Counted from the first letter of the stretch, positions 26,801-42,512 are shown. The stretch: DNA of 64,000 nucleotides from Octopus sinensis (GCF_006345805.1 NC_042999.1:146010001-146074000); one strand, 5' to 3'. Numbers and translations: made by a program. Notes: a model not told the origin generated them from the sequence alone.

Positions 26801-27330
26801 ATATGTGGAATATTTTCCACATGGTGCAAATAATATATCGCTCACGGCAGCGTTGCAGAGAATAGAGCTTCAGCTGTTTGAGTCGAGCCCAATAATCAAG
26901 TCCCATCATGCCATTTATCTTTTTTGTGATTGATATTTGTGGGGCTTCGATCCTCATTATGTCTTGTTTTCTTTTTGTTTTGTTTTTTGTTTTTTTGTAG
27001 GGGGACCACAATGGGCAGCAATATTCGAGGTAGTGCCTTGCGAATGTAGAGAAGAGAAAGATGATGGTTTCATGATCCCTAGACTGGAAAGTTCTGAGGA
27101 TCCATGAACACATTCTGCGGGCAACATCGACTTTTTTGTTGATGTGCACACTCCAACAAAGGTTGCTGTCGACAGTTACACCTAAGTCTCTGATATTATC
27201 CGACGGTTCAAGTAGGTCTCCCGACAGTAGTGTATATGGTTGTTTGAGTGTGCCCTCTCTTCCAAAGTAGATGAGCTCAAATTTTTCTTAGGTTTCAATG
27301 AAAAAGCATCTTTCGAGATAATGACAATCA
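26800..27330 (-). mobile_element. CR1-clade LINE RT C-terminal fragment
   Basis: IRDLGVTVDSNLCWSVHINKKV...WILRTFQSRD...LEYCCPLWSPY...LDYWARLKQLKLYSLQRCRERY, CR1 thumb-region motifs. Confidence 0.9.
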
Positions 27331-27451
27331 AAACACATTATTTCCCTCAATGTTTTCCGAAAGCATAACCCCTCACACGAAATATATAATATAATATATG
27401 ATGTATAATATATATAGAAACTAAAAATTTATATTAAATAAATAAATATAC

Positions 27452-28354
27452 TAGCAGTATCGCCCGGCGTTGCTCGGGTTTGTAAGGGAAATAACTATAT
27501 AAGCATTTTTAGTGAGTTATAGCAAAAAATGCATTAAAAATGGAATAAAAAATGATGGTAATTTTTTTTAAAAATCGTTGACTCATCGTAGACATTTTTA
27601 GAGAGTTACTTCCCTTATATAATAGCGAAAAATGCATTAAAATGGAATAAAAAATTATGGTAATTTTTTTTTTAAATCGTACACTCATCGTAGACGTGCG
27701 CTAATACCCAGAAGGGCTCGATATGAATCACGACTATAAGATACCCGGTTTTGGTTACACTGCACCGCAAAATGTGGGAGTAGTTAGGAATCTAAATCGT
27801 AGGAGACAGACACACAACCTTACTTTTATATATAAAGATTTGTGCAACAACTAAAACATTCGATTGTGCAAATTGTTTGCACAGGAAACCTGCCCTGTGT
27901 GGCGGTAATTGCCGTTTTTGTGGATCTGTTTCAGCTTTTTTAGCGATTTCTGTTTTGGCGACTTCAAGCCATGAAGTCGTTGTTCTAAAAGAACGCTGGT
28001 CTCCTTGACAACGCATTACGACGTTGATTTCCTTACACTCCCTTCCCCACAGCTTCACGAGGGAGGGAAGAAGGGGGAGAAGCAACACAGGTGCAGATGT
28101 GACCATGGACGCCAACTTCGCCGCCATCGACACACGAAAAAATATGCATTAAAATGGAATAAAAAATTATGTTAAATTATTTTTAAAATCGTAGACTCAT
28201 CGTAGACGCGCGCTAATACCCAGACGGGCTCGATATGAATCACGACTATAAGATACCCGAATTTGGTTAAACTGCACCGCAAAATGTGGGAGTAGTTAGG
28301 AATCTAAATCGAAGGGGACAGACACTCACACAACTACAGTTTTATATATATAGA
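27452..28354 (-). mobile_element. Composite non-autonomous Helitron (two 5' halves, one 3' end)
   Basis: Minus-strand 3' end cccgagcaacgccggg...CTAG at 27452. A ~200-bp block is repeated at ~27640-27839 and ~28140-28354, each copy ending in a TC.tatatataaaa-like 5' terminus. Confidence 0.75.
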
Positions 28355-28469
28355 TATAAAATACAAAATATCCATTCGTATGAGATCGTTCGAATCCGTT
28401 CTAAATCATAGAAAAAGTCGGATATCAAATGTACACAGTAAATACATTGCAAAATCATAAATATTCTTT

Positions 28470-28635
28470 TCGATTAGATCGACACCAGTACACAACTGGT
28501 GCTTAATTTATCGACCCCGAAAGGATGAAAGGCAAAGTCGACCTCGGCGGATTTTAAACTCAGAGCATAAAGACGACAAAATACTGCTAAGTATTTCGTT
28601 CGACATGCTAACGTTTCCACTAGCTCGCCGCCTTT
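28470..28635 (-). mobile_element. tRNA-derived SINE (gtcgac...tttcatcc...gtcgat core family)
   Basis: atcgaccccgaaaggatgaaaggcaaagtcgacctcggcgga on + strand, head ending ...ctcgccgcc. Confidence 0.8.
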
Positions 28636-28932
28636 TCATATGACATGTTACTTCTCCCATTTTGTTTAAAATTTCGTTTTGTAATATTTACTTTGATTTT
28701 ATGATAGACAGCTATCACGCAGAAAAGCTAGCTTCCAGATCCTGTCTTCTGTTTTCTGATTGAGTAAAAAAGATCAAACTTTGAAACGCTGTAACATTTT
28801 TCTAAAAAAATTCTGAAATTAATGAATCATAAAATAATATTCAGCGTGAAAAAGTACATCAATATAACACAAAATTTGAAAATTTTCACTTCATTTTAAC
28901 ACTTCAAAATCTGTGATAGTAACAGAAAAGAT

Positions 28933-28937
<5 letters not shown>

Positions 28938-29022
<85 letters not shown>
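28938..29022. repeat. (CT)n microsatellite
   Basis: Direct reading. Confidence 0.95.
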
Positions 29023-29026
<4 letters not shown>

Positions 29027-29314
29027 GCTCTGAATATGTATATCGCTGACTATGTTTCTACAGTGAGAAATTTTCTCTTATGACAAACTACAATAAATGG
29101 TTTTCTTGTGAGTTCGAATATGCCGCAACCATATTTGAACAGGTAACAAGTTTGTATTTCTTATTTTTATATATAGTTCAATAAATGCGTGTATGTATGT
29201 GCTGAGTATTTCCATTGCATGTTTTGAATGAATTTGACCAAAGGGTGAGTGTGCTTTCTCTGGGGTTCTGTGTGTGTGTGTGTATGTGTGCATGCGTGTG
29301 GTCAGTTACTTATT

Positions 29315-29556
29315 TCTTTACTGCCCACAAGGAGCTACACGCAGAGGGGACAAACAAGGACAGTCAAACGGATTAAGTCAATTATATCGACCCCAGTGCG
29401 TAAGTGGTACTTATTTAATCGACCCCGAAAGGATGAAAGGAAAAGTCGACCTCGGCGGAATAGTCGACCTCGACGGAATAAGTCGACCTCGACGGAATAA
29501 GTCGACCTCGACGGAATAAGTCGACCTCGACGGAATAAGTCGACCTCGGCGGAATA
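29315..29556 (-). repeat. SINE 3' part terminating in a 19-bp tandem array (GTCGACCTCGACGGAATAA x6)
   Basis: Units start at 29445, 29463, 29482, 29501, 29520 and 29539. The unit matches the SINE core segment gtcgacctcggcggaat. Confidence 0.9.
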
Positions 29557-30299
29557 GCCCTGCGTGTGGACAGTTACTGTGCTATTTTCTAGATGAAATA
29601 TATCCTCAGTCATTGGTTTATTTCAGTAATTTTGTTGTCTTGGGAGAGTCATTACGCCAACAATGATAACACACGCACAGGTTGAATTCCATTTCTTATT
29701 TCAATGTTTCTCTTTGTGTATTTGTGTGTGTGAAAGAGTGAGAGAGGTGGGCTTCTGCTGAACGTTTTGAATTTACTTGGAAAAGTAAATAAGAGTGCGT
29801 TTCTAATGAATGCTATTTTTCCTTTTCATTTTGGGTGAGCTATTTTCGTGACAAATGTGTTTTTCTATTTGGACAGAGAGCTGTTTTTGTGTGTGTGTGT
29901 ATGTGTGTGTGTGTGTGTTGTGTGTGCGCGCGCGCGTGCGTAGTTGTTTATATTTGATCATGAGTTATGTCATACAGGATGTAAAACTCGTATTTCTGTC
30001 TATGATGTTTCATGTGACCGCAATTAGTCACCAGGGTGGCGCACTATCGCTATGATTTTGATATTACATTATCATTGAAAATAGCTGACAGGCTTGGAGG
30101 ATTCTTAATTTACATAATTAAAAAGGTTTCATAAAGGTAACATGGTCATTAACTAGCATAAGACACACATCATTTGTGGGTTATTGCATGCTGGGAAAGG
30201 AACTGAACCCCTCACATTAATGTACCGAGGGCAATTTTTCCTACGTTTGTGCTAACTGATTGTGATATTTTGATTTAGTTTCATTGTTTTATCATTAGT

Positions 30300-30520
30300 G
30301 ATAAGGCGCAGAGCTGGCAGAATCGTTAGCACACCGGGCAAAATGCTTTGCGGAATTTCGTCCGACTTAACGTTCTGAGATCGACTTTGCTATTTAGCCT
30401 TTCGAGGTCGTTAAAATAAGTACCAATTGAACGCTGGTTTCGATGTAATCGATTTATCCCTCTTCCCCGAAATAGTTGGCCCTGTGCCAAAATTTGAAAC
30501 CAATATTTTATAATTATTGC
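30300..30520 (+). mobile_element. tRNA-derived SINE, same core family
   Basis: ggcgcagagctggcagaatcgttagc...tcgactttgc...ggtcgttaaaataagtacc. Confidence 0.75.
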
Positions 30521-30591
30521 GTCCGACACTCGGCCTCCCATCTATACAACGGTTGCATTCGACGCAGGACAATTGTTAGATACATCTAAAG

Positions 30592-30722
30592 CAGTGGTTC
30601 CCAGCCTGGGGTCCGCAAAGGTATTACTAAATTCAAAATTTCACATATGTATACATAAGAATAAGCATATTAAAAGGGACCTGTGGGAAAACTCATTTAA
30701 AGAAGAGGGTTGGGAACCACTG
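30592..30722. mobile_element. hAT MITE (131 bp)
   Basis: TIRs CAGTGGTTCCCAGCC / GGTTGGGAACCACTG. Flanks atctaaag / atctaaca. Confidence 0.8.
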
Positions 30723-30730
30723 ATCTAACA

Positions 30731-31058
30731 GGTAAAGATCTCCTTCGGTCATGAATGACCATGAGATTGCAGCTAGAAAGTTCCCCTCCGTGGCACAAGT
30801 CCGGGCGACGTTGTTTATGGAAGACCAGCCATCACCCTTGGAAACCAGCTCCCCTCTCCATGCCACTGATGTTATCCAAGGAAAAGGGAAAAGCCGATAC
30901 AGCTTGGTACCAATGACGTCGCAACTCATTTCTACAGCTGAGTGAACTGGCACAACGTGAAAAATATAATATGTTCAAGAACACAACACATAACCCGGTC
31001 GGGAATCGAACCCACGACCTCGTGATTGTGAACCTGACACGCTAGCCACTGAGCCATA
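30731..31058 (-). mobile_element. tRNA-headed SINE (third family)
   Basis: Minus strand has A-box TGGCTCAGTGG and B-box GGTTCGATTCC, followed by a non-tRNA body. Confidence 0.75.
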
Positions 31059-31093
31059 TCTCGTCTAATACGCCAGCAAGTACGGTACTTCGT

Positions 31094-31314
31094 TGGCAGA
31101 ATCGTTAGCACGCCGGGCGAAATGCGTAGCCGTATTTCGTCTGTCGTTACGTTGTGAGTTCAAATTCCGCCGAGGTGGACTTTGCCTTTCATCCTTTCGG
31201 GGTCGATAAATTAAGTACCAGTTACGCACTGGGGTCGATGTAATCGACTTAATACCTATGTCTGTCCTTGTTTGTCCCCTCTATGTTTAGCCCCTTGTGG
31301 GTAATAAAGAAATA
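31094..31314 (+). mobile_element. Near full-length tRNA-derived SINE with 11-bp flanking direct repeat
   Basis: tggcagaatcgttagcacgccgggcg...gagttcaaattcc...aaagaaata. GGTACTTCGTT at 31084-31094 and 31315-31325. Confidence 0.9.
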
Positions 31315-32136
31315 GGTACTTCGTTTCACATTGCCACAGTCAACTAAGCTGTAATCAGAATCAGCTGGGTGCTGGCACAGTTCTCTCTTCCTTCAGCAGT
31401 TACCTCTAGGAGACACCACTATTGAAAAAATAAGGACCGAGAAGCTGACGACTACATTGGATTTTAAACAATAAGTGGAAGCGTGGTATATGTTACAAGC
31501 CAGACTTGCTCAAGCGCACTGGCTGTACTGTTTTCTTTCCTTAGTTTTGATATAAGAATATAAATCATGTATATATTCTGCTGAACTAGTGACATTTGCA
31601 AAACTAATATTACTCGAAAATTTTAAGTTGCTTTCAGTTAAAGCAACAATAAATATCGAGTGGTTCTTGAATAATTAAATAACTTTTCCATTTTAAGTAT
31701 AGAAATTATAGATGTTTTAGATAATTTGTAATTCTCTATATTCAATAAATTGCACTCTATTTACGTCTCCAGAGCAAATAAATACTTAAAAATTCATAAA
31801 GTGATGATAGATAAAACTTAAGCAATGCGAAGGAGAAAGAGAGGGGGGCGTTTTTTAGCTTTCATCTACCGCAGTTTCGTCATCCAAAGCAATAACAAAA
31901 CAAAATTTACAAGCTAAAAACTAGTAAATATATATATACTTGTATCGCTTCCGGTTTCACCTGGACTGGCGATAGGAATGAATCGAGAGGATTGTGTGAT
32001 GAATGAGGAAAGGTTTTTAAGTAACTGTAGCTTAAATCCAACTAAAATGACATTGTGTAATAACACATTTGAATTTAAATTGCTGTAGTGAAGAATATTT
32101 TAAATGAAAATGCTTGGAAGTGATTCAAAAGAAAGT

Positions 32137-35495
<3,359 letters not shown>

Positions 35496-36785
35496 ACAAA
35501 AATGTTTTGTCTCTTTCATACCCCCTTGGTTATCGACCGGCAAATGTGGGTGAGGTACAATTGCAGACGATTGTAAATAAAGCTATGAACAAAAAAGATT
35601 TGGTGGAATGCTTGGTGGATAAAGAAAAATGCACCCAGATATTAAGTTACCATTTCTTTATAATTCATTTTAATGTTTTAGTCATAAAAATGTCACATTT
35701 TTGTGACACTGAGCTCAACTTTATCTTTTGAAATGGAAAGTCAACAAACATTGTTGGTTTAGACTTTTTACGTGTGTTTGCATATCGTATTTATAAAGCT
35801 AGCGTTGATGAAGATTTATTTAATCTACAAACCTTTAGAAAATAATGTAAAACTTAATATATGGAAAAATATAATTTCGTAATGACTTGTTCACAAATAT
35901 TTACTCTGATAGAACTGCAGCTATGAAAAGGAAAATTTCTGATTGTGTTGCTTGAGTAAAAAGGAAACAAGAATGTTGAAAGTAATCACTATTGTCACGA
36001 TCGTCAAGTACCAGCAGTAATCTAAAATTTATATGACCCGATGAAGTAACACTAGTCGGTTCTAATAAATGAAGACCACTAAACGTGGGTGTCTTCAGTC
36101 TATTATGTAAATAATATGGAGAAGTTGCTTGCAAGTTTAAAACAACAACGTCAGTTATCAGGTAGAAAGCGTTGAAGCATACTTTCAAGAACTTCCTTTT
36201 GAAATTTAAGTATTGAATGAGGGGGTGGGAAAAGAGATATATCATTCTTATAAAGTTAAACGTGCAACGCAGAGAACTTTGGACTTCAAAACCAGTTCAA
36301 ATTAAAGGTCTTAAGCAAAATTTCAAAGATAATTATGTTGCTAAGCATGATATCTAGAGTTTTGAAAAACTTCAATTGACAAAATACAAAAGAGTGAAAT
36401 TTACGGTATTTATCTGATATGTATAAATCAATAACAGAATCAGTTTGGCTTAAAGTGGAAGCCAACTTTGATTGAAAACTTCTCTCTAGATTCATTATAC
36501 TTAAGTAATCATTTGCGGGAAGAAAACAAAATATCAAATTGACACCGCAACAGATCTTCTTTCTTTATCTTTCTTTTATCCTTGATTTGTTTTTCCGTCA
36601 CTGGATTGCGGTCATGCTGGGGCACCACCTTGAAGGGTTTTAGTCGAACAAATTAACACCAGTACGTACTTTTAAAAAAAATCTTATGCTTATTCTGTTG
36701 GTCTTTTTTGTCGAACCTGAACATTAGGAGGACGTAAACAAAACAGCATTAGTTGACAAGCTTTTGTGGGGAAACAAACACGGAC

Positions 36786-36823
<38 letters not shown>

Positions 36824-37159
36824 TGGGCTTCCACACAGTTTCTTATTTCTTTATTGCCCACAAGGGGCTAAACATAGAGGGAACAAACAAGGACAGGCAA
36901 ACGGATTAAATCGATTATATTTGACACGATTTTAAAATTAAATGTGCGTGTGTGTGTATGTGTGTGTGTGTGGGGGGGAGCAATGAGAAACAAGCAGAAA
37001 AACATTTATATCCCCAACGTTTTGTTTATTTTTATAAATTTCTTTTCAAGTTGTGTACCAATACGTGTATTATCACTCGTCAGTTTCGAACGTGCTACAA
37101 AAAATTTTTGCGAGCACATTTTCTTTTCGTTTGAGCTATTAACGTTCATGTAAAATGAA

Positions 37160-37667
37160 CTGGTACTTATTTAATCGACCCTGAAAGGATGAATGGCAAA
37201 GTCGACCTCGGCGGAATTTGAACTCAGAACGTAACGGCAGACGAAATACCTATTTCTTTATTACCCACAGGGGGCTAAACACAGAGAGGACAAACAAAGA
37301 CAGACAAACGGATTAAGTCGATTATATCGACCCCAGTGCGTAACTGGTACTTAATTTATCGACCCCGAAAGGATGAAAGGCAAAGTCGACCTCGGCGGAA
37401 TTTGAACTCAGAACGTAACGGTAGACGAAATACCTATTTCTTTATTACCCACAGGGGGCTAAACACAGAGAGAACAAACAAAGACAGACATAGGTATTAA
37501 GTCGATTATATCGACCCCAGTGCGTAACTGGTACTTAATTTATCGACCCCGAAAGGATAAAAGGCAAAGTCGACCTCGGCGGAATTTGAACTCAGAATGT
37601 AACGGCAGACGAAATACCGCTAAGCATTTCGCCCAGCGTGCTAAGGTTTCTGCCAGCTCGCCGCTTC
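37160..37667 (-). repeat. Head-to-tail triple SINE array (mirror copy ~52685-53195, +)
   Basis: Three ~190-bp units joined by the junction gacgaaatacc|tatttcttta. Only the terminal unit has the full tRNA-like head. Confidence 0.9.
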
Positions 37668-38379
37668 CACACGATTTCTGTCTACAAAATTCCTTGACAA
37701 TGTATTGGTCGACCCAGAACTATAGTAGAAGATATTTTCCAAAGGTGTCGTGCAACGGGACTTAATCCGAAGCCATGTGATTGCAAATCAGGCTTCTTAA
37801 GTGTACAGCCATACCTCAGAATCCCTTCTGACTAAGGCACAAAACAATACCAAAAATATATATACCCTTCAAATACAGCAGACAATGTCAAACATATGTG
37901 ATAGGGTATATTTCACCTATTAAAACTACACAAACGACACATAAAACTTAGTATATGAAACATATGTACACAAATTATAGAATAGAACGGGCGTAGGCAA
38001 TTATTTGTCGAAAAGTAGGCCGCTTGAGAAATGGCTCACCATCAGGCTTTTTTCCTCTTGAAATTAGGTGTGCCATTCAGAAAGACCCGCAGGTCGCAGT
38101 TTGCCCATGATTGGAATAGATGAATATACCGAAATACGGACAAGACAAGGCTCAAAAAGTGACAGACCATAAGCTAACATGCACATTCTAAGAAGCTACT
38201 AAATTTTAAGACCGTTTCAGAGTAACAAATTACAAAAATTTTAATACGTGAACAAGTACTGATCAATATGATATATAATTTCGATTGAAATCGCAAATAA
38301 CAAGACAAGTCATTCAGCTCTGTCTTTAAAAGTTATTACTTTGTAACAAGGGAAGACAGGAGAAATCATAGATTTACTG

Positions 38380-38812
38380 CTATTAAACACACTATTCTAG
38401 ATTTTCTAAAAGTTTTGTGCTCCCGGTTTCTGAGAAGCAATACGAATTATTGTCTCCTCCGTTTACTGAGATTTGGCGTCTGAAAAACTTTGCAGCTGAT
38501 GTGAAAAGATGTGTATTTTCCAAAGAGCAATCTCGACAATAACGATGAAAATCACAGTGGCAAACGAAATATACACCGCCGGAAGTTGTTGTTGACAAAG
38601 AACGACAGTAAATTTATTCTGCTGAATACACGACATTTATTGGTTGAAAACACCGAAATACGACAACTTTAAAATGAAATAACTTCGTAAATATAAACTT
38701 TTCTCAAACACGCTAAGAATAAAATATATTTTATTTGACACATTCTACCAGTTTGAAAGTGTTTAGTTACAAAAAATTATTTTATAAATCTGCCGGTCAA
38801 AAGGTAAAGATC
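38380..38812. mobile_element. One-ended relative of the palindromic MITE family (mirror ~51530-51960)
   Basis: Terminal ...gtgtttagttac...ctgccggtcaaaaggtaaagatcc matches the arm of 43121-43549. No second terminus recognised. Confidence 0.55.
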
Positions 38813-39096
38813 CGTTAAACTCTCTCCTTTCACCGAGCGTCAAGCTAAAATACACCTTGTGCACGTTCTCACGTTCGTTGTTTTTTCATTTTTTTTTTCA
38901 TTTTTTTATCCGTTTATTTGAATTGACTATATAAATAATGTTTATCGCAACATCATTATGGCTGTTCAACGTTTTTAACCCCATGAGGAGCCTCCTCCAG
39001 TTGCCTATCGATGCAATATGCTCCCAGTGTATACTGCAAGAAGAGAAGCAAACTCCAACCATTATCCAGCAGACGACGGGATCATCAGACCAAACA

Positions 39097-39591
39097 TCAT
39101 CATCATCATTGTTCGACCTTGGTCGAGACAATGGATTTTACCATGCTACGCCAGACTTCACTGTCCATCATGGCATTACAGAGGTCCTGTTGTTGGATGC
39201 CTGTATCCCTGGAGATTATATCAGGGTAGGAGAGTGTGCGCCCTCTGGTATCGTGAGTAGATGGCTTCCAGAGGAGAAGAGTAGAAATTGCCTCGTTTTC
39301 AGCTCTACAACAATGTCCAGCAAACTGGACTCTCCTACCTTTCACAAGAGATGACACAGGTGGTAGTTTCCCATATATTTGCATTTTGGTTATCATCATC
39401 TGGAAAAGATGTTCTAACTAGAAAGGGTATGGCCTGGTCAGCCTGTAATGATATGCATAAGATCTGTCATCAAATTTAAGTAGAGACTTCAAACTTGAAA
39501 CTTTCAAAGCCACAGTCGAACCAATTCTACTATATGGCTCAAAAACCTGGACGTTATCAAAGAAGCTTGAGGGGCGGTTGGATGGAACCTA
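39097..39591 (-). mobile_element. RTE-like LINE 3' end with inverted 5' segment (mirror 50756-51254)
   Basis: 39097-39391 minus: TKMQIYGKLPP...RRVQFAGH...WRSMV plus (GAT)n tail. 39392-39591 plus: KDVLTRKGMAWSACNDMHK...EPILLYGSKTWTLS...LDGTY. Direct repeat CAGACCAAACA at 39086-39096 and 39592-39602. Confidence 0.88.
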
Positions 39592-40141
39592 CAGACCAAA
39601 CAGTTTCAGGCTATCTGTGTCCATCGTCGACTGGTGCACACCCGGCCGCTAGAGATAGCAGTAATTTGCTGCAGCTCGCAATAAATAGAAAACCAAGCGA
39701 CAATCAGTCACTGATCTTACAACAAGCAGAGCAGCTGGTTGGAAAATCTCTATAAAAGATGAAAGGGTGCAGAGGCTCTTCCTGGGGTTAAAAACTGTGT
39801 TAACGTCGAACAATCATATTGATTTGGTGGTAAATATTATTTCTCAGTATAGTTATCCATATTTCTAAGCACTGCAACACCTATGGAAGAAGTGTGTTGA
39901 CCGCAAAGGGGACAATATTGGAAAATAAACCTCATTTGGTTAGATTCCATGGGAGTATCATGGTTACTATAAAAACTCTTGTGTGCACGCGCACGTGTGT
40001 GTATGTATGCATACATATGTGTATTTATATATGTATGTACGCATGTATGTATGTTTGTATGAATCTACAGGCTAGAAATGGTTAAGTAAATTATTTATTT
40101 TATTTGATAGAAAACAGAGTTAAAATGTCAAAGCAAACACA

Positions 40142-40181
<40 letters not shown>

Positions 40182-40779
40182 ATAATGTCAATGATAATGC
40201 CATGAAATGATAATGGTCATCATTCTAGACAGATATCTACTTCAAAACTGTCAGCATTTTCAATGGCTTTACTCATTTTATTAAACAAATATCTTGATAT
40301 CTTATGTCTGTGAATACCATACAAGATAATTCGTCTGTCTTTACGTTCTCTTTTCAAATTCCAGCGAGGACGACTTTGCCTTTCATCCTTTCGGGATCGA
40401 TGAATTAAATACCTGTTGCATACTGGGATCGATCTAATCGACTGGCCACCTCCCCCAAAATTTCGGGCCTGGTGCCTAGAGTAGAAAAGAATACCATACA
40501 GGAAAATCAAATATCTACTAACCTAAGTCTGACTTACTATTTTGATTTGATCGTTGTAGCATTTTCGCTACATTATTAAGAGAGATGTAAAAAAACTACT
40601 ACGATAGTCTTTTTCTTAGAATTCACAAATTTGTCATTATGTAAGTGTAATACTTCCACAAGTTGAAGAGTTAAAATATTCTGTTTACTGTAATACATAC
40701 CAATAATAAGATTGCTAAGCTGCAACAGGTAACCTAATTATAACTGAAGATGGATGTTTCGGAAGCATAGTTACCATAG

Positions 40780-41450
40780 GTGCTGGCGTGGCTGTGTGGT
40801 AAGATGGTTGCTTCCCAACCACATGGTTCTTGCTTCAGTCCCATTGCGTGGCACCTCAGGCAAGTATCGTCTACTTTAGCATCGGACCGGCTAACGCCTT
40901 GTGAGTGGATGAGCGGATTTGCTAAGCGGAAACTGAAAAAAGCCCTTCGTAATATATATATATATATGTATTTTTTTGTGTGCCCTTGTTTGTCCCCCCC
41001 CCCCACACACACACACATACACACACCACCATCGCTTGACAACCGATGTTGGTGTGTTTACGTCCACATAACTTAGCGGTTCAGCAAAAGAGAACGATAG
41101 AATAAGTACTTGGCTTACAAAAAATAAGTCCTGGAGGCCGATTTGTTCGACTAAAGGCGATGCCCCAGCATGGCCGCAGTCAAGAAACTGAAACCAATAT
41201 TTGTGTCTGTGTTTGTCCCCGACCACGCCCGACTACCGGTGTTGATGTGTTTACGTCCTCGTAACTTTGCAGTTCAGTAAAAGAACCGATGGAATAAGTA
41301 CGAGGTTTTAAAAAAATGTTCTGGAGTCGATTCATTTGACTAAAAATTCTGGAAGACAGTGTCCCAGCACGGCCGCAGTCTCATGACTGAAACAAGTAAA
41401 AGATAAAAGGAAGGTAAAATGTTCAGGGAGATAACATTTCTGCGAGCAAT
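40780..41450 (+). mobile_element. CORE-type SINE with repeated 3' modules (mirror ~48855-49525)
   Basis: gcgtggctgtgtggtaag...ttcagtcccattgcgtggcacc...ggcaag, then repeated gtgtttacgtcc...gttc.gcaaaag...ataagtac modules. Confidence 0.75.
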
Positions 41451-41918
41451 TAAAGGTTTATCTCTCCGAGTAATGGACGAGTTGTACAATGCTTTGGTAC
41501 CAAATATGATGGTGCATTGTAGTGATACAACAATTTTTAATGCCGAATATATGTGACAGAAAGGAATGAAGAACGCGTGCTCTACGGGTTGCATAATGTC
41601 AGTATATGTTAACAAGGGAGCATAATTGAGTTAGGACAAAACTAGATATGAGAAGAACTGGCTGCAGTATGAAAGAGAAAACAACTCTACTACGTGTATG
41701 CGATACGTTTTGGGGGATATTAGTTTTATAAATAATTGCTGAATTGCTGAAAAGAGTGATATCAAGAGACATGCTCAAAGTGGAGAAGCTTCAGGTTTTG
41801 TAATAGTTACCCATAAATATTCTCCTAGCTGATTTTGAAAGAGATATTCTCAACTGCAAGCAGCTGACTTGTATTCCTACATCTGGCTTTTCTTTTTGCT
41901 CCAGATATTTGTCAGACC

Positions 41919-42085
41919 CAGGGTCGGCCCTTCGATTGCTGGCGCCCTGAGCAAGCTGAATTTCAGCTTGGACAAGCTGACGGTCATGGAAATTTTCTTG
42001 TCTTTGTCACGCCCTCTTTGGCGCCCCTTAGCACATGGCGCTCCGGGCAACTGCCCAAGTTGCCAGTATCTTCAAGCCGGCCCTG
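41919..42085. mobile_element. hAT MITE (mirror 48219-48385)
   Basis: TIRs CAGGGTCGGC / GCCGGCCCTG. Flanks gtcagacc / gtcaaacc. Confidence 0.8.
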
Positions 42086-42389
42086 GTCAAACCTATTAAG
42101 TTTGTCCTTGGTATCCGTTTTGATAGGAATGTTCTACAAGTATTCTTTGTATTGGTATGTATGTATGTATGTATGTACGCACAAATACACATATACATAT
42201 ATGCACGCAACCCTGCACGCGCACAAAAATCTCTTGGTGTATACATATAGAAGTCAGTTATAACAGACAAGAGAGATAGGAAGTATATCTTAAACGTAGA
42301 GAGGGGGAAAGAAAAAGAGAAGAACCCTAAATGTAACATGAAACTCTGAGTAACAGCTTTTGTTATATTTCTGCTGCTTTTAAATAAAG

Positions 42390-42425
42390 TATGTATGTAT
42401 GTATGTATGTATGTATGTATGTATG

Positions 42426-42512
<87 letters not shown>

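Larger units (their letters stand above)
35824..42430 (+). repeat. Left arm of a ~6.6 kb inverted duplication
   Basis: The ORF track is mirrored, e.g. 35901-36245(-)/54116-54460(+) and 41340-41615(-)/48689-48964(+). Sequence at 35824 is the reverse complement of the bases before the gap at 54537. Confidence 0.97.

Noticed and set aside
29445-29556. CRISPR-like short repeat array
   Set aside because: No spacers, the unit derives from a SINE, the context is eukaryotic and there are no cas genes.
30990-31058. tRNA gene
   Set aside because: A and B boxes are present but continue into a SINE body, and there is no closing acceptor stem. The same applies to the other SINE heads.
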